DNA of 63,992 nt, filler included, from Catajapyx aquilonaris (GCA_000934665.2; 3 parts of 3 records of this genome joined end to end with filler, not necessarily neighbours in it); one strand, 5' to 3'; counted from the whole stretch's first letter, positions 10,743 through 24,308 are shown. Notes: a model not told the origin generated them from the sequence alone. A program made the numbers and translations.

Positions 10743-13700
10743 CTGAAAAGGGAAATTGATTTGAAAATACATCACAAACTCGCCTAACTATCACATAGAA
10801 GGGCAAACAATATAACCAATGAATTTTTGCGTACGTAGCAGATATTTTCAGAGGGAGCTAATCTCCATGGTATTCCAGCTATGATGTAATGGATTCAGCG
10901 AAATCCTCCACTTCGCAAGAGCCTGTGATACCCTCCTTCAGTGCTACACATGCAGTTGCAGTCAAATGTTATAATGGCCTTCCTTGTAATGTAAGCAAAA
11001 TTTACAAGCCATATACAGTGTCAGTTAGTAGCATTCTCTCTACTACTGCAGCCTACTACTGGACCATTACATCTGATGTGACAGCTTGTTTTTAGTTTTG
11101 TTTTTACAATGTTCATGCACTTTTATGGTGTCCAATATTCCTGAAGAGTAACCAATGCATGACAAAATAGTGATTTAAGGTCGGTTGCACCAGGACAAGA
11201 TTCAAGTTCAGGTATGGATGTGCCCTTGTTATTAATTGCAGGAAGCAATTAACCTTACAATAACAAGAAAAAAAAACCCATACATTAACCTGAATCTTTT
11301 ACAGGAGCTCATTATTGCCAAAATTTAAGTGCATAAAACATGATATTCCAGGCAGAGCCTACAGCCCCACTTGATTTGATGCGACACAATTAGTGATGAC
11401 TGCTACCACCATTATTATCAACAGTTAAACTCGTCGTCACCTCTCAATCGTTTGGGTTGTGAAAATGTAAGTTAATAATTTGCATTTGTTGTTCTGGCGC
11501 TGTGGATGAGAGTCCAGTTTTAGTGCTGGTAATTAAAATCGACATTAAATGTGATGTTTCACATTGAACATCTGCACATCACTGTAACAAACTTCCTGGG
11601 GTTTCTCTACTAAACTATGCATTGTGAATGTTAATATCTTAAATCAGACTTGATTTTATTTAAATGTTGAGACTGTCCAATCCTTTTGTACTAACCTGTG
11701 TATTCTACTCAATTATGTCAAATATGAGAACATATTAGGCAAGTAACTTGTCCCTCTGGCCATTACACATTTTCATAGCACAGTATGATCAAAAGTGTCA
11801 ATTTTATGTACAGTACATGTAAAGTAGGTTCCAATACACACATGCAATTCATCCCAATCACATTTTGTCCCCATTCATCAATATTGAAAGCGGTCTTTCT
11901 CTACATTGTCTTACCCTTTACAGAATCATGGAACCGTACAAGTCGTGTTTCAAAATATAGTTTGCACTGGAAAGTCCATGCAGCTGACCTTCAGCAACAA
12001 GATGACAAGAAAAGGCAGAGTTTCATTTTTGTACTTAATATTGTTAGCTACAGTCTGCAAAAGAAATTATGGCGCCACAGCAAAACCAATCCCTGTGCAC
12101 TTCCTTAGTGTTAGATGAATTTCAGATCACTCTGAGAATCACAACCTAGGAGCTTGTGGTTTAAAAAAAAAAAAAAAAAAAGGTAGGGAATTGCTTCTGA
12201 CATGTGAGTGTATTTGGAATCAAAGTAACTGCAGTTCATTATAAAATTTTAAAGCAAGATGGTACAGTACAATATCTTCAAAACTGAGTAGCTACTGATC
12301 AATACCTTCAGACCCTAGACTCCTAAACAATCATTGTGTGTCTAACAATGTAGCCTTACTGACCCTGTCAATTCATGATGGCAACCTAAAATTCGAACCT
12401 GAAACTGAGGGGGGGAAAAACACATAGAATACTTGGCCTACAAAATGACGGTGACATACATATTTATGTCCTTTCTTTCAACCAATTTATTTTGCCTTCA
12501 AAAATTCCTGCACGCTTTCAAAGCATGAACATATCTAAGATCATTCAAACATTTCTCACCTGATGCAAACGTCCCCCATTTCATCTTGCTCTTCCTTCAG
12601 ATTCTCCTCCAGCATCAGCTTTACTTTCTGGGAAGGAGGGAGTCAAGTCAATGCCAACATCAAAAGGGATCAAATCAATAATAATGATAATGACAATTTC
12701 AACATTTCATGCCAAGGTTCCTCAGCACCATGTTGCAACACCTCAAAAAATGACTCCCCTCTCCACTAATCTATCACACACCAATGAATGAAAGTTGAGG
12801 TGGGCTCAGATGGAATGCATTTATGTCATACCTGATCTCTGCTCATTATGCTCAATTCTTTCTTTTCGTTGGGAGTTTCCCAACAGTTCATTAGTGATGA
12901 TGTGACCTGCATAAGGAATGTTGAACAACCAAAAACCCCACACTTGCCCTTTCAGGTCAACAATCAAGGCCCAGGGGCCATGACAACAGCTCCAAATGGG
13001 ATTCCAGCAATGGACATTGACGTCATCGTTTCGATTACGATACCAACTCCTAGTCGACGGAAATCAGCCCAAAGCACCCCTGGAAGCCATCTGAACCCAC
13101 CTACAATGGCTTTCACAAGGAAGCAACACGGCGCTAAATGGAAGCTCAACCTCAAGCAATCGTATTATACTTCAATCTAAAAACAATGCCACTGCACTCA
13201 TTGTTGCAAGGGGAATGCTGACAGAGGGAATCCCGCAATCCTATCATCAACAAATGGTAGCTCAAGTAATATGTGCTGCATGTAGGAACATGATGTAGGC
13301 TATATACGTATTTAAAAGTCACGTTGCCAATTATATCAGTACCCAAGTTATTGTACCAACAGACTGAAAGAGTAAACAAAATTGGCAAATCACGCGAGCA
13401 TGATTCCAGTAGACTTTTTCTCATTGCCACGGAAATTCAAATTGGACAACAATGGCATAGTGTTGTCAGACTTATTTTTCGTTGCCAAGGAACCCCAAGG
13501 ACACTTGCCTTAGGCCCGCTTCAAATGAGGAAATGTGGAAGGCAGGCAACTTGCATACGTAATCCAAGTATAGTTTGACCATCTACCCAAAATCCCCCAA
13601 AGCCACCTCACCACCTCGAAAATGCCCCACTTCCTGACAATCTTCATCCGCAAAGGGTTCGGAAGGGTCAGACCGGAATACCGTGTTGCCCAGTACAAAT

Positions 13701-16700
13701 ATTGGAACAGTGTCGTGCTGTCATGTGTGAGGGTATTTATACAGGGTGATCAAACTTTTTTGTCGTTTTAGTTATTGACAAATTCGGCCTAAGCTGCTTA
13801 TATTGTAGCCCGTGACCTGGCAACCCCGTCCGGCCGGCCAATTCAAACATCGGCCCATGGAGAGCGCTTCCATTGTTGCCACTGTTTACAAATCGAGTGA
13901 GTGACGCGGACGACCCAGCGATGGGTCTCTTCTGCCTGCGCACTCACTCACTCGATTTGTAAACAGTGGCAACAATGGAAGCGCTCTCCATGTGCCGATG
14001 TTTGAATTGGCCCGCCGGACGGGGTTGCCAGGTAACGGGCTACAATATAAGCAGCTTAGGCCGAATTTGTCAATAACTAAAACGACAAAAAAGTTTGATC
14101 ACCCTGTATGTAAAGGTGCCTTATTACAATTTCTTATACCGAACCCTTCTGCAGATTAAGTATCGTGGCCCAGCCAAGCCAAGTCCAGCACACCCAAATT
14201 TCTTGCATGCAAGAAATCTGCATGCGGTGGTTGCCCCAGGAGAGAGCATGTGCTGTGCCATCCTGGGTGGGTGGGCAGGCAATAAGTTGCTTCCAAATTT
14301 CCTCATTTGCGCCAGCCCTTGGAGGATAATGGATCTGGAAAACCTGAAGTGGCCATTCACTGGACGTTGACCATGAAACCTATTTAGGGTCGACTGAATC
14401 CAAATTCGTAAACTGTTTCTTGCTATCTCCTGCAGTTTGACCCTGATACCTGTTCACAGACAAACACACAGACAGAAAGACAGACGGACGGACAGACAGA
14501 CACAGACAGATGGACGGACGGACAGTTCTATAAGACTTTTTAAATGCGAAAAAGCCTCAAACATGGGAAATTTAAAAGACACAAGATGTAAATGGTCCAC
14601 TCACCATGGCAATATCTGGGTATGGACTTACAATCTTGAGCCACTTATCGCCTATAAACACTGTATACTTATATTCCCCGAGGGTGGCATCTGTCATAGG
14701 GCTTTGGGGCACAGGTTTCTTCGTAGCTAAAAAAAGATAGAATGAAACAAAGGTCAAATCTGTGCAGCAGCAGGAGAAAACACTTTGTAAATGTTTAAGA
14801 TGGGGAAAAAAAACCAGCTGTTAAGGGTAATTGCAGACTCCAGAAACTCACACACGTCTCACTTTAAAAAATTGTTTGCCTGCTTACAGTCCAGTTGGTT
14901 AAAAGAAAACGAGTGCAAAAGTAACAAGCAGTCATTCACAGCAAAGCAATAATTAGGGTCAAATGCATTCTTCTGGTCCAAAATGCTCTTTACGGCACCT
15001 TCATTCAGAATTGGCCCAGTGGTGACGCAGCTGGTAGTCATACAGCTTCTCCAACCAGGCCTATACTACCATGACACATGGCAATTTTAGGTATTTTAAA
15101 AATAATTGCAGAAGTACTGTAGGTTGGTAAGGTCTGTCAGTGACTCAACGTGAAATTCCGTGACTTGCGAGCACAAGGGATGGTTTTATGTTGATTTGTG
15201 TTACATCGAGTTTACTGTGATGTCCGGTCCGATGTAGTCAGTTGTCCGATCTAAGTAAAAGCGCAATTCAGTTGAAATGCGAAGAGTGCTGGAGTTCGTT
15301 GAAGGCGTCAAACAAAAACTATGAAGACCTCCAAGCTATTAAAGGTACTGTATTAAACTAATGAAAACGTTCACAATTTTGCCATGAAGTGAACGGCAGT
15401 ATTCTCATGGGGTATTATCGTTAATAAACCTTGTCACTTTGGGCACTACATACGTATCTCAGAAAAATGTGTCCAGTTTCCTACGTGTTCCATGCAGCAC
15501 TGTTGGGCACGTTTTGTTTGAACACATGCATCAAAATGCAATATGTTGAACTGTATTGTTTGAGAAAAAGGCGTGCACTAAGCAGTTCAATTGATATGGA
15601 GGACCATATCCATCGAAATTTCAAAAAGCTCGTTTGGTGATAAAATGCAGAAGCGTACTCTACAGAGTACAAGGTGTTTCACTTGGGACAGAGCATGTGT
15701 CAAGATATATTTTGTACTGCATATCCTTCACTTCTGTTTGTATCCTCTTGATTTACGTTAGTGGTTACTCTGTACACATAATAGTAACAAAGGTCTGGTG
15801 AGATATACCCCAAGCGGGGTAAAAGCACTACTTGAATTATGGCATGTATTGTATTACTATTACAATTACTGGATAATATGAGTGTCTATGCTCTTAGTGC
15901 AGTGCCAAGTGAATCGCCTGGTTTTTTGAATCATTTAGTTGCTATGAACATATTTTATTGGGAGTTATTGTCATGCACCAACATTTTGCACACAATTAAA
16001 GAGCAAATCCAATCCATGGTCAGTACTGCATGAGTTGGGTCTCACACAAAACACGTCTCATCTCCACACACCTGAAACAGGGGTGCGATTAGCCTCATCT
16101 GAATTACTGCTGTTGAGAGAGGTGTTCGAGCCACCTAGCATTGTCCCAAGTTCCTGCTGCTCAGCGCGAACAGGGGATGCATTGCGGCGAATTGTGTCCC
16201 CAATCAGCTGCTTCGCATGCCTGCATAGAGCCACAGTTAACAAGATTATCCTCCCAGGTCACCTTCCACTGTAAAATGTGCTGAAATTCTCCTACTATAA
16301 CAACTCACACAATGGATTCCTCGTTAGGCCCAGTAATTTGCACCAGCCTCTCCTTAGCTCCAGGATTCACTGAAATCAGAGCATTGTTAGCATAATCTGG
16401 TGGTATATACGGCTGCAGTGACCATGCGATGTTTGGAGCAAACAACTTTCTTGCAACAACCTACTTGAAAATTAAAAGCCAAGTCTGAAGAAGCATTAGT
16501 AAATAAATCAAACCTATTGGTTAATATCACAGGAAAGGTGAAGTAAACTACATGGCATCAACAGCTCCAGACTCGGGAGAAGCGATGCCAAAAAAATGGC
16601 GAAGAGTCAGGCACACAGCAACACACACAGGACCTATATTCATACCTCGTTGAAATGAGATGACGGTTTCACTCAATTCCTCAATCAAGTGCACTCGTCT

Positions 16701-19700
16701 TCCTTTGATACCCATCACTGGATGTGTAAGAGGAAAGATACTCAAAACCAGTAACATGAATGTCAAAATCAACAGTAACTGAACAACAAAACACTTTGCA
16801 ACCATCCCATCAAAGCTCACCTGCATTGAAACATAGAATAACCCACAAAAAAAAGAAGAAAGAAGTCATCCTCTCACCTTTGCCTGAATCAGCATTCCGG
16901 ATGGCCACCTCATCTTTGAAGAAGTTTTTCCCAGGAATCTTGGTGGGTTTTCCATACTTTCCTGATTCTTTCAAGACATCTCCTGGATTCAGAATGGTGC
17001 CAACCTGAGATGTCCCAGAGGCTGAAGCCAGCAGGGGAGAAGCAGCAGCAGCCGCAAGAGCAGAGGGTGAGGTTGGGAAAGTGAATGGAGTTCCAGGAGT
17101 ACTTGGAGTGCTTAGCGGGGTGTTACCGCCATACCCTTCAGCAGTACGGGCCTCGTGCTGTGTGGCACAGATGACAGGAGAGTGAAAAACAATTTACATG
17201 AGCATATTATGCCATTTTCATTATGGTAAGAACCCTTGAGTTCTCGAATATTCTGCTACAAAAATAGGTGGAGTCTGTGGCTTTTTACCTGCACTGTCAT
17301 TAAAATTAAACAATAACCATTTTAGACTTTTTCTCATTCAAAAAAAGTCTTATATAACAACTCTGTCCATCTGTCTGTCTGTCTGTGGACAGGTATCAGG
17401 GCCTAAACCACAAGATATAGTGACAAATGGTTTTCATATTCGGATTAAGCAGGTTTCATGGTCAACTTCTGGTGACCCACCACTTCTGGTTTTCTGGGTT
17501 CACTCTATCCGCACAAGTCTACTTTACGAGTGGATTATTGTTGGATTTTGAAATTAGTTTCTGTGGATTTCTGACCACGTGTCGGGGCTTTACCCAGGGT
17601 TTTACTTGGCGCTCTGGCACAGGGGCTGTAGAATTAATTACTGACATTGAGCGAAGTTTGGAATTTTGAGCATCATCCAAAGCTATGATGTTATCGCTCA
17701 GGCCGATATCGGAATCGATATGCTGCCTAGGCTACGATATCTCGGTATCAATATTCACATGTTCATACTTGACAGAATGAGAAAAGGTCTCATCGAATCA
17801 CCTGATCTTGTTTAAATATGCCACTATAACAGATTTACATTCAGTTTTGCACTCAATTTGGCATGTTGTTCAATTGTCAAATTCTTTCCGCAAACAGCAT
17901 ATGACAACAATGGTGATTTCATACCCAAGCTGCACAAATCTAGTATGGTGTATTCTGTGATCCATCTGCAACTGACAACACTGTCCTTAGAAAATGAATG
18001 AACACCCATCAAACTTCGCTTACATGAACACTATTTGACCAGGTGGGGAAGAGAGAAAAGGCCTGAGTTTACCTCTGCAAGTGAGCGTTGCTCATGGTAA
18101 AACTGGCTGCAGTTTTCATCGGGCATCCATTTCCGAGCCCTCAGCTCCACAATTTCCAAGAGGTAAAAACGTAACCGGTGATCAACGCCGTTAGCCAAGC
18201 TTTCATTGCGGAAGACATTGAAGGCCTTGTCCAGCTCACCTGGAAAATTTAGAACATTTTTGCATCTTCTAACATAGGCACTCAAATGTAAGCAACTACT
18301 GGAACTTCACCAAGAGACCTTCCTGCAATTTACATCTGATTACATTTTTTTAACAGCTACACAAGCAAAGATATGGGAGCAGGATGACAAACAAACCATC
18401 CCTCAAGTTTACGATTCAGTAGTATGAATTTTACTACTACCCACTCTATCACCAGATATTACTTACACTCAGACAGACTATAAAAATTATCAGCTAAAAC
18501 TCAAAACAAGAAATGCTGTTAACGAGCAAAGAGAAGAAAAAGAGAAGCAAGTTATACTGTATGCCAAGTGCTGATACTACCACACAAATACAAATTCAAC
18601 AATAATAATCCCCAGGAATAATTGTTGACACATGTAGGGTTGCTCTCTAAAAATTATGGGTTCCCTTGTCAGGAACTGGCAGAACAGTTCATGCAAAGCA
18701 AATTCTTTCCCAGGATTGAAAATTTGTACTTAATTTATGTGAGTGGTGACATGTTTTCTGAATACTTAATTTTTCCATCTGCATAACTCTGTACAGGTAA
18801 AATCTCGTTTTAGCGAATACCAATAAAATGAAATTTCAATAGAACGCAATAAAAATAAAATTTTGGTTGGCCAGCTGTAACAGCAATGTATTTGTAATCC
18901 CGTTATTACGAATTGCGTTAGTACGAAATTTTCAGTACGAGTACGAAAGGTGGTTCCCTGGCTAGTATTGAACCTGATATAACGAAATATGCACTAGTGC
19001 AATGCTCCGCCACACGTGCCCCAGCACTGTCTAGCGATAAGCGAGTGTGTGGTAGTGCGTAACACCGTCAACAATCGTGAAATGTTGGGGTAAAAGTTGC
19101 ATCAAGGGGTCGGCAGTGTCTGTTTTGGGGAGTGCCCAGGACACCGAAGACTCAGGTGACCCTGTCGACCTGTCTCTGTGGAGGTCCGTTGCTGAAAGCA
19201 CCGGAGTGCCGGATGAAGTTACCTTCCACGATTTTGTAGCTGCAGATGACGATGTACATGTGTGCCAGGAGTTGACAGATTCGGACATACTTGCGGGGGA
19301 AATAAAAAGAACCAGTCGATTTAACGAAAAGATTTGCCCGGTCCCGCGGGCTTCGTTGTAACGAGATTTTACTTGTATATGTTTCCAACCCTTCCTTCAC
19401 GCCAGTAAACCAGTCCCATAGCATATGTTCAGTCGATATCACAACTAAAACACTGGATTGGCAGGAGTGATATCACAGCAAATGAGCTAAATTGCCAATC
19501 CAAATCAGTTTGGTTACAAAGGCGACTGCCATGATGCAAACAGAAGCAACTCACTTATCAGTGTGGTCAAAAGCAACCTAATTTCCTGAGCAGGCAAGTC
19601 AGGAGCACTGCGTCGCAGTGATGGACAGCCTATGTCCAAACCAAACTGCCCAACTTTCGCAACTAAATGCCTGAATTTCCACTTACACCTCTCGTTGAAA

Positions 19701-20112
19701 GTGTCAATTTAACAGTTGAAGTTACCGCACCCTTCCCGTACCCAAAATTACATCATCTCACCTCCATACTTCGCATCAATAGCTGGCCCATGTAATTTCA
19801 GATTGGCGCACATGTTAACAATCATGGATTCAATGTTGTCGTTGGCTTGCCGAGTACTAATCATTTTAGCTACATTCTCAATTTCCAACAAAATAGCATC
19901 GCCTGCAAAATAAAAGGGAGAGAGAGAGCGGTTATGTCTATTCATCCTTAGCACTATTGTATCAGCGCAGCAGAATGTAATGCTTTTGCGTACTAACCTG
20001 TCGGCGGGTGGGCAACCCCCATGGACCTGGGGGCTCGGGCCTTCTCCACCTTCCTGACGATCCTGGCAGACTTGAGCTGCATCCCACCTTGTCCTACAGC
20101 AACCGTGGACAT
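10427..20112 (-). CDS. mxt: eIF4E-binding protein Mextli (MIF4G-like + KH + C-terminal 4E-binding motif), 10 coding exons, 496 aa
   Basis: Exons 20112-19998, 19902-19762, 18239-18073, 17157-16878, 16717-16646, 16369-16309, 16220-16072, 14726-14605, 12627-12560, 10742-10427 sum to 1491 nt in one frame. Motifs LLEIVELRARKW, KH domain IRNADSGKVMGIKGRRVHLIEELSETVISFQRVNPGAKERLVQITG, DTIRRNASP, GEYKYTV, and YTRESLI (YXXXXLphi). Confidence 0.93.
12560..12627 (-). CDS. mxt: Mextli exon (KVKLMLEENLKEE...)
   Basis: Phase 0 in, phase 2 out; links the flanking exons in frame. Confidence 0.8.
13742..14106. mobile_element. Palindromic Tc1/mariner-type MITE, arms about 160 bp
   Basis: TA-CAGGGTGATCAAAC ... 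GTTTGATCACCCTG-TA; arms nearly identical. Confidence 0.9.
14385..14561 (-). mobile_element. DINE-1/HINE-like element, 5' part
   Basis: AAAAAGTCTTATAG + (GTCY)n + CAGGTATCAGGG, shared with the copies at 17320 and 30601. Confidence 0.65.
14605..14726 (-). CDS. mxt: Mextli exon (...DATLGEYKYTVFIGDKWLKIV...)
   Basis: Conserved GEYKYTV block; strong splice sites. Confidence 0.88.
16072..16220 (-). CDS. mxt: Mextli exon (HAKQLIGDTIRRNASP...)
   Basis: End of KH domain. Confidence 0.9.
16309..16369 (-). CDS. mxt: Mextli exon (VNPGAKERLVQITGPNEESI)
   Basis: KH continuation. Confidence 0.9.
16646..16717 (-). CDS. mxt: Mextli exon (KH GXXG loop)
   Basis: VMGIKGRRVHLIEELSETVISFQR. Confidence 0.93.
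16878..17157 (-). CDS. mxt: Mextli exon (...GKPTKIPGKNFFKDEVAIRNADSGK)
   Basis: Start of KH domain. Confidence 0.9.
17320..17813 (+). mobile_element. DINE-1/HINE-like (Helentron-associated) element
   Basis: 5' AGACTTTT...AAAAGTCT inverted pair, (GTCT)n, 3' AAAAGGTCT + short hairpin + CTTGTTT; T-rich flanks. Confidence 0.7.
18073..18239 (-). CDS. mxt: Mextli exon (MIF4G-like, LLEIVELRARKW)
   Basis: MIF4G C-terminal signature. Confidence 0.92.
18794..19375 (+). mobile_element. Tigger/pogo deletion derivative with a transposase C-terminal remnant
   Basis: TA TSD; TIR CARGTAAAATCTCGTT; remnant W*CVTPSTIVKCWGK...VTFHDFVAADDDVHVCQELTDSDIL (about 19045-19295). Confidence 0.85.
19762..19902 (-). 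CDS. mxt: Mextli exon (GDAILLEIENVAK...LKLHGPAIDAKYG)
   Basis: Phase 1-1, canonical sites. Confidence 0.88.
19998..20112 (-). CDS. mxt: Mextli first coding exon (MSTVAVG...RKVEKARAPR)
   Basis: ATG just after a strong acceptor; cag|gttagt donor. Confidence 0.8.
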
Positions 20113-20184
20113 TCCTGCCGACCTCTGCAAAAAGAAAAAAAAAAAAAATTAACAATGTAGGACAAAATGGAATGCGGGGAGAGG

Positions 20185-20300
20185 CAGGGTTGGGCCGTCC
20201 CAGATCCGCACCATGGGCCGCCCCGGTGTGTGCCCAGGATGTGAGGAACGGGGGCGAGCACCACGTACGTACCAGTTCTGGCCCCTGGATCCGCCCCTGT
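20185..20300 (-). mobile_element. hAT-type MITE fragment
   Basis: Terminus CAGGGGCGGATCCAGG on the minus strand; partner end not clear. Confidence 0.45.
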
Positions 20301-20568
20301 GCCCCGAATGGAACGTCGAATATTCCAGGAGCCAGCCCTGCAGCTAATTCCAACTTGTCGGCACCAGATGGCAGGGCGGGCTATGCAGGGTTGCCAGATT
20401 AGAACGTAACACGTGGCAACCGTGTGGCATCATAACCGCCAAAAATTGAAAAAATGAGCGAAACTGTTAACCGGTTTAAATAATTTAACGACGTTCGGCC
20501 AGTTAAATGATCGGAATTAATTGCCGCACAGTGCTCATGCCTTTCTTCATGCAATAATTAAAACTTAC

Positions 20569-20780
20569 GGGGTTGTTGCGGGTATCACACCACGTGCACC
20601 GAGACGTGCACCCGAATATTTAATGTCCAGTAAAATGCGCTTCCAAAGTTAACTGAATGTTCATAAAAATTTGGGACATTAATTTTAAAATAATTATCCG
20701 CAATCGAAAAAGCCAGTAAACTATGTGACGTCTTTTTCTTTACATATAAAAAAATGGACTGTCATTTCCGGTTGTTTCTT
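20569..20780 (-). other. Probable 5' UTR exon of Mextli
   Basis: ccc|gtaagt donor at 20568 upstream of the ATG exon; 5' end approximate. Confidence 0.5.
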
Positions 20781-20960
20781 CCCGCATGCTTAATTCATGT
20801 TCAATTTTTGAGTCAATCGCAATTTTATAAATTTGTAACGGATTTTTTACCGAAATGTTTGTTACTGGCTAGAGGCTAGTTGTTCATGAAAGGGCGCGTG
20901 TATGACCGGAAGTGTGCCTGGTTTGGCGTGGTCAATGGCTGCCGTTTTTCTCTCGGGGCG
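20700..20960. promoter_or_regulatory. Mextli promoter, probably bidirectional
   Basis: ETS motif CCGGAAGTG at 20906-20914, TTCCGG and TTCCCGC motifs, YY1-like AATGGCTGCC; GC-rich + strand segment ends in gag|gtaagg at 21091. Confidence 0.5.
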
Positions 20961-21490
20961 TCATTGACGAAGAGTGATGGGCAGAGGCGGGTAGGGGCTC
21001 TTCCCCTCCAGGGGGGCGAGGGCCCCGTGGCCCCGGTGCATCAGCTTCGTGCTACCATCAGGGTCTTCTGGATGGCCTATTGGGACCTGAGGTAAGGTGC
21101 AATGCTGCATGATTCACAGAACAAAATGAGCCATCACCAACAATCCAATTGCCTATGTGTCCAGACCCTTTCAGACTCGGTACCACAATCACTTTTTGCA
21201 CCAAAATTTGTGACACCCCACACGTGTACTATGGATGGAGTCGAAGCTTCTGCATTATTTGGCTGTGAGGCCTTTAATTTGGATAGTTTCATTTTTTGGT
21301 GATACATATAGTATTCTTTAGATGAAAAACTGGTTTATTTATTACAATCGTAGGATATCTGGTACAAGGGAGGCAACTGAGATCTTGCTGCGTTATAAAT
21401 AGGTGCTTCCCAAGTCGTCAGCATCATCAACAGGGTTGAATTGCTCGTCAAGGCAGACAGTGTAGGTAGTGAGGAATCCTCTTCCCTTAA

Positions 21491-21590
21491 NNNNNNNNNN
21501 NNNNNNNNNNNNNNNNNNNNNNNNNNNNNNNNNNTTAATTAATTAANNNNNNNNNNNNNNNNNNNNNNNNNNNNNNNNNNNNNNNNNNNN
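21491..21590. other. Artificial scaffold linker
   Basis: 44 N + TTAATTAATTAA (stops in all six frames) + 44 N. Confidence 0.97.
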
Positions 21591-21597
21591 CAACAAC

Positions 21598-21633
<36 letters not shown>

Positions 21634-21694
21634 TAATAAAGGTCCGAGATATAATTATCACGATTTAATTCAGGCTTAATGTACAGTACTTCTA

Positions 21695-21832
21695 TCGGGT
21701 TCAAATACTTTTGGCCACTTTATCCTGGTCTTGAAGCAACCCTTCGCACAGACTCCACGTTAAGGAGGTGTGTGTGTGTGCGAAGGGTTGCTTCAAGACC
21801 AGGATAAAGTGCCCAAAAGCATTTGAACCCGA
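21695..21832. repeat. Palindromic hairpin element, arms about 55 bp
   Basis: TCGGGTTCAAAT..CACTTTATCCTGGTCTTGAAGCAACCCTTCGCACA and its reverse complement. Confidence 0.85.
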
Positions 21833-24120
21833 CAGTACACAGAGTCCCAAATGTCGGCTCAGATCTGGTTTGGTCAAATTTATCGTACCAATAAGCTGTG
21901 TCAAGTTGGAAATCCTTCAGCAGTGAAGACCGCCTGCATGAGAAGGACTTATATGCCTTTCAACTAGGAAACGAGTATGATCGAGAGTAGCGTACAGTAC
22001 GTGCAATACATTCCCGCCGATACTGATCTGAGCTAATTCTATTTGCTCCACCACATGCAGGATAATGGATGGACCAATACTGCTATTGCGGGACATATTT
22101 TCTGATCATGCCGTGCTTATTTTGTAGAGCGGGTTGGGAACGGGAAGGGAGTATGTATTACAGCTACTCGCCAAATGTGAACAAATGAGCAACGACTAGC
22201 GAACTATTAAAAGTATTATTGTGTACAGTATAATTATGTAAATCTATATTATATATTCGGATATATTATGAAGACTATGTATGCGGATTGAGACAAGTGA
22301 GGATGAATAAATATGGTATATACTGTAGGTTTATTTGACGTAATAGTGTCAATTTGATGATGGCTCTGAGGCTCGCGCTGAGGCTTCATCAGGGAAGATT
22401 TGTCAACTGCTGACGGCGGAGGGGAAGAGGGATCCACCTTATGGATCCGCATCCATTACTGGCAGGGCCATCGCAACTTGCAGCTCTCAACAGTGACAAG
22501 TTACGAGGAAAAATTTGGGCTGGTTTATTCCCCTATCCCCCAGCTGGATAGGTCCCAAGTGCATCTTTTTGGCAATAATTAATCACTCGAGGGGCGGGAA
22601 AAGGTCCCATGCTATTGATCCAATTGACGTGGCCATCGGTGCGTTGAATATTTGAAGCCGCAACCCCCCATTCCTCCCATCTCCCTCCAGTCGGTGGTCC
22701 TGACTTCCCCATCCCGCGGAAGAATTCATTACCATTCTGCCAACAAAGCTATAGATTAGGTGTAATTCATTACCAAGGGACTTTACACATCGTCCAAGGT
22801 CTTACTTCCCCCAAGCCCGGCCCGCTTCCCACCCTCTAGTCCCCCAGACCTGACCGCAAAATGAGGCATTGGTGTAATTGATTCCCATTATTGAAATTCG
22901 CATAGAGCACCATAAATCGTCGCATTTTACATGCTGGCCCTTGTTCAATGCAGCCTATTAAAGAGAATCGGAGCCTCGGGGGTGGGCTGGGAGGGGAATC
23001 CTAGATAATGACGTCTTGCCATTATACAGTATTGTTCCAACATCGCCGCCTGCAGCCAGTTTATTAATTCCCCTTTTCCGGTCCACTTTGAAACAGCTGC
23101 AAAGACTTGTGCAGATTAGTTTCACTCCCAAGTCAGTCACAGAGACATCAAATTAGGCAAATGCATAATGGAATTAAAACTCACTCCTCAATTATTATGC
23201 CCCTGTGAATCCTTTCCTACTTTTCTCCCTCTGTAAGGGTGAACAAGGACCCAAAAAAGAAAGAGGGGCACGTCTTCTAAGAAAAGAAGACCCGCTAGGG
23301 CAGTGCTACTTTTTAATGTGACTAACTTTAGTCCTAATGCTTTTAAAAAGCAAGAGAAAAGTTGGATGTTAGCCCTACCTGGGGCATCGTCTTTTTACTC
23401 TGCTTAAGGCGGGTTTTCCATTTTTTGTGCTGCCAAAAATGTTGCTTTACCTTGGAGTCTTGGGCCTCGTCATGTATCTACAAGATACCACCGTTTTGGT
23501 GATGACATTTTTTAATAATTTGCAGTTTATGAGTAACTTATTATTTTGTATCTTATTAAACAGTGTCAATAATAATAATAATAATAATTGGCGTAACGTT
23601 GAGTATGTGCTGGGGAGTGTATTAATGCGCAATAATCTTATTGTATGGTCAGCCGTGTGGGCTCTAATGACAGCAAGGATTGCAGCAACGCCCATCATCG
23701 ATGCAGGAAATTCACATTTTCCACCTAATGCATTCATTTTGATAATACTCTCGCACGGGATGTGGATGTTTTGGATCCAAGCTGTTCATTTTGAAGCACG
23801 TCGAACGTCAATGGCAGATTAAATTTTATGCAGGCCAGACTCCCGTTAAAAAGATGGCTTTAGAAAACCTAATATTACAGTAGCATCTAATACTTCTTCT
23901 GATACTATTGCTAACAATAACTTAAAAAATAAGCAGGTTAGTTCCAAAATATCTCTAACTTAAAAAATTGTCATTTCATTAGAACACTGTGTAGAACATT
24001 CGAGCTATGTAGATGTTGAGCGAAGGTATAAGTCACAGGATACTGTAGATGTAATATAATTATTTTTAGTTCACTTAGTTGACAAATGACAAAGGTTTAT
24101 GTTAGTCATTGTATACTGTA

Positions 24121-24308
24121 CAGGGTGACTCTAAAGTCATGATACATAGGTAATTGTATTGTATTGTTAGTTTCCAGTTGTGCCAACTGTCAGATTGTTG
24201 ACAGTCAGTAATGATGAGTATAAGTAGGCTTGGCACTTGGAGTTCGCACAACTGAAAGTCAACAATACAATACAATTACCTACGTATCCTGACTTTAGAG
24301 TCACCCTG
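24121..24308. mobile_element. Palindromic Tc1/mariner-type MITE
   Basis: TA-CAGGGTGACTCTAAAGTCA ... TGACTTTAGAGTCACCCTG-TA; arms about 65 bp. Confidence 0.88.

Noticed and set aside
11915..11988. 74-nt candidate Mextli exon with good splice sites
   Set aside because: It would shift the frame; 12560 joins 10742 directly in phase 2.
19031..19361. Tigger-like ORF as a domesticated or active transposase
   Set aside because: Only a C-terminal remnant with an in-frame stop, inside a 582-bp deleted element.
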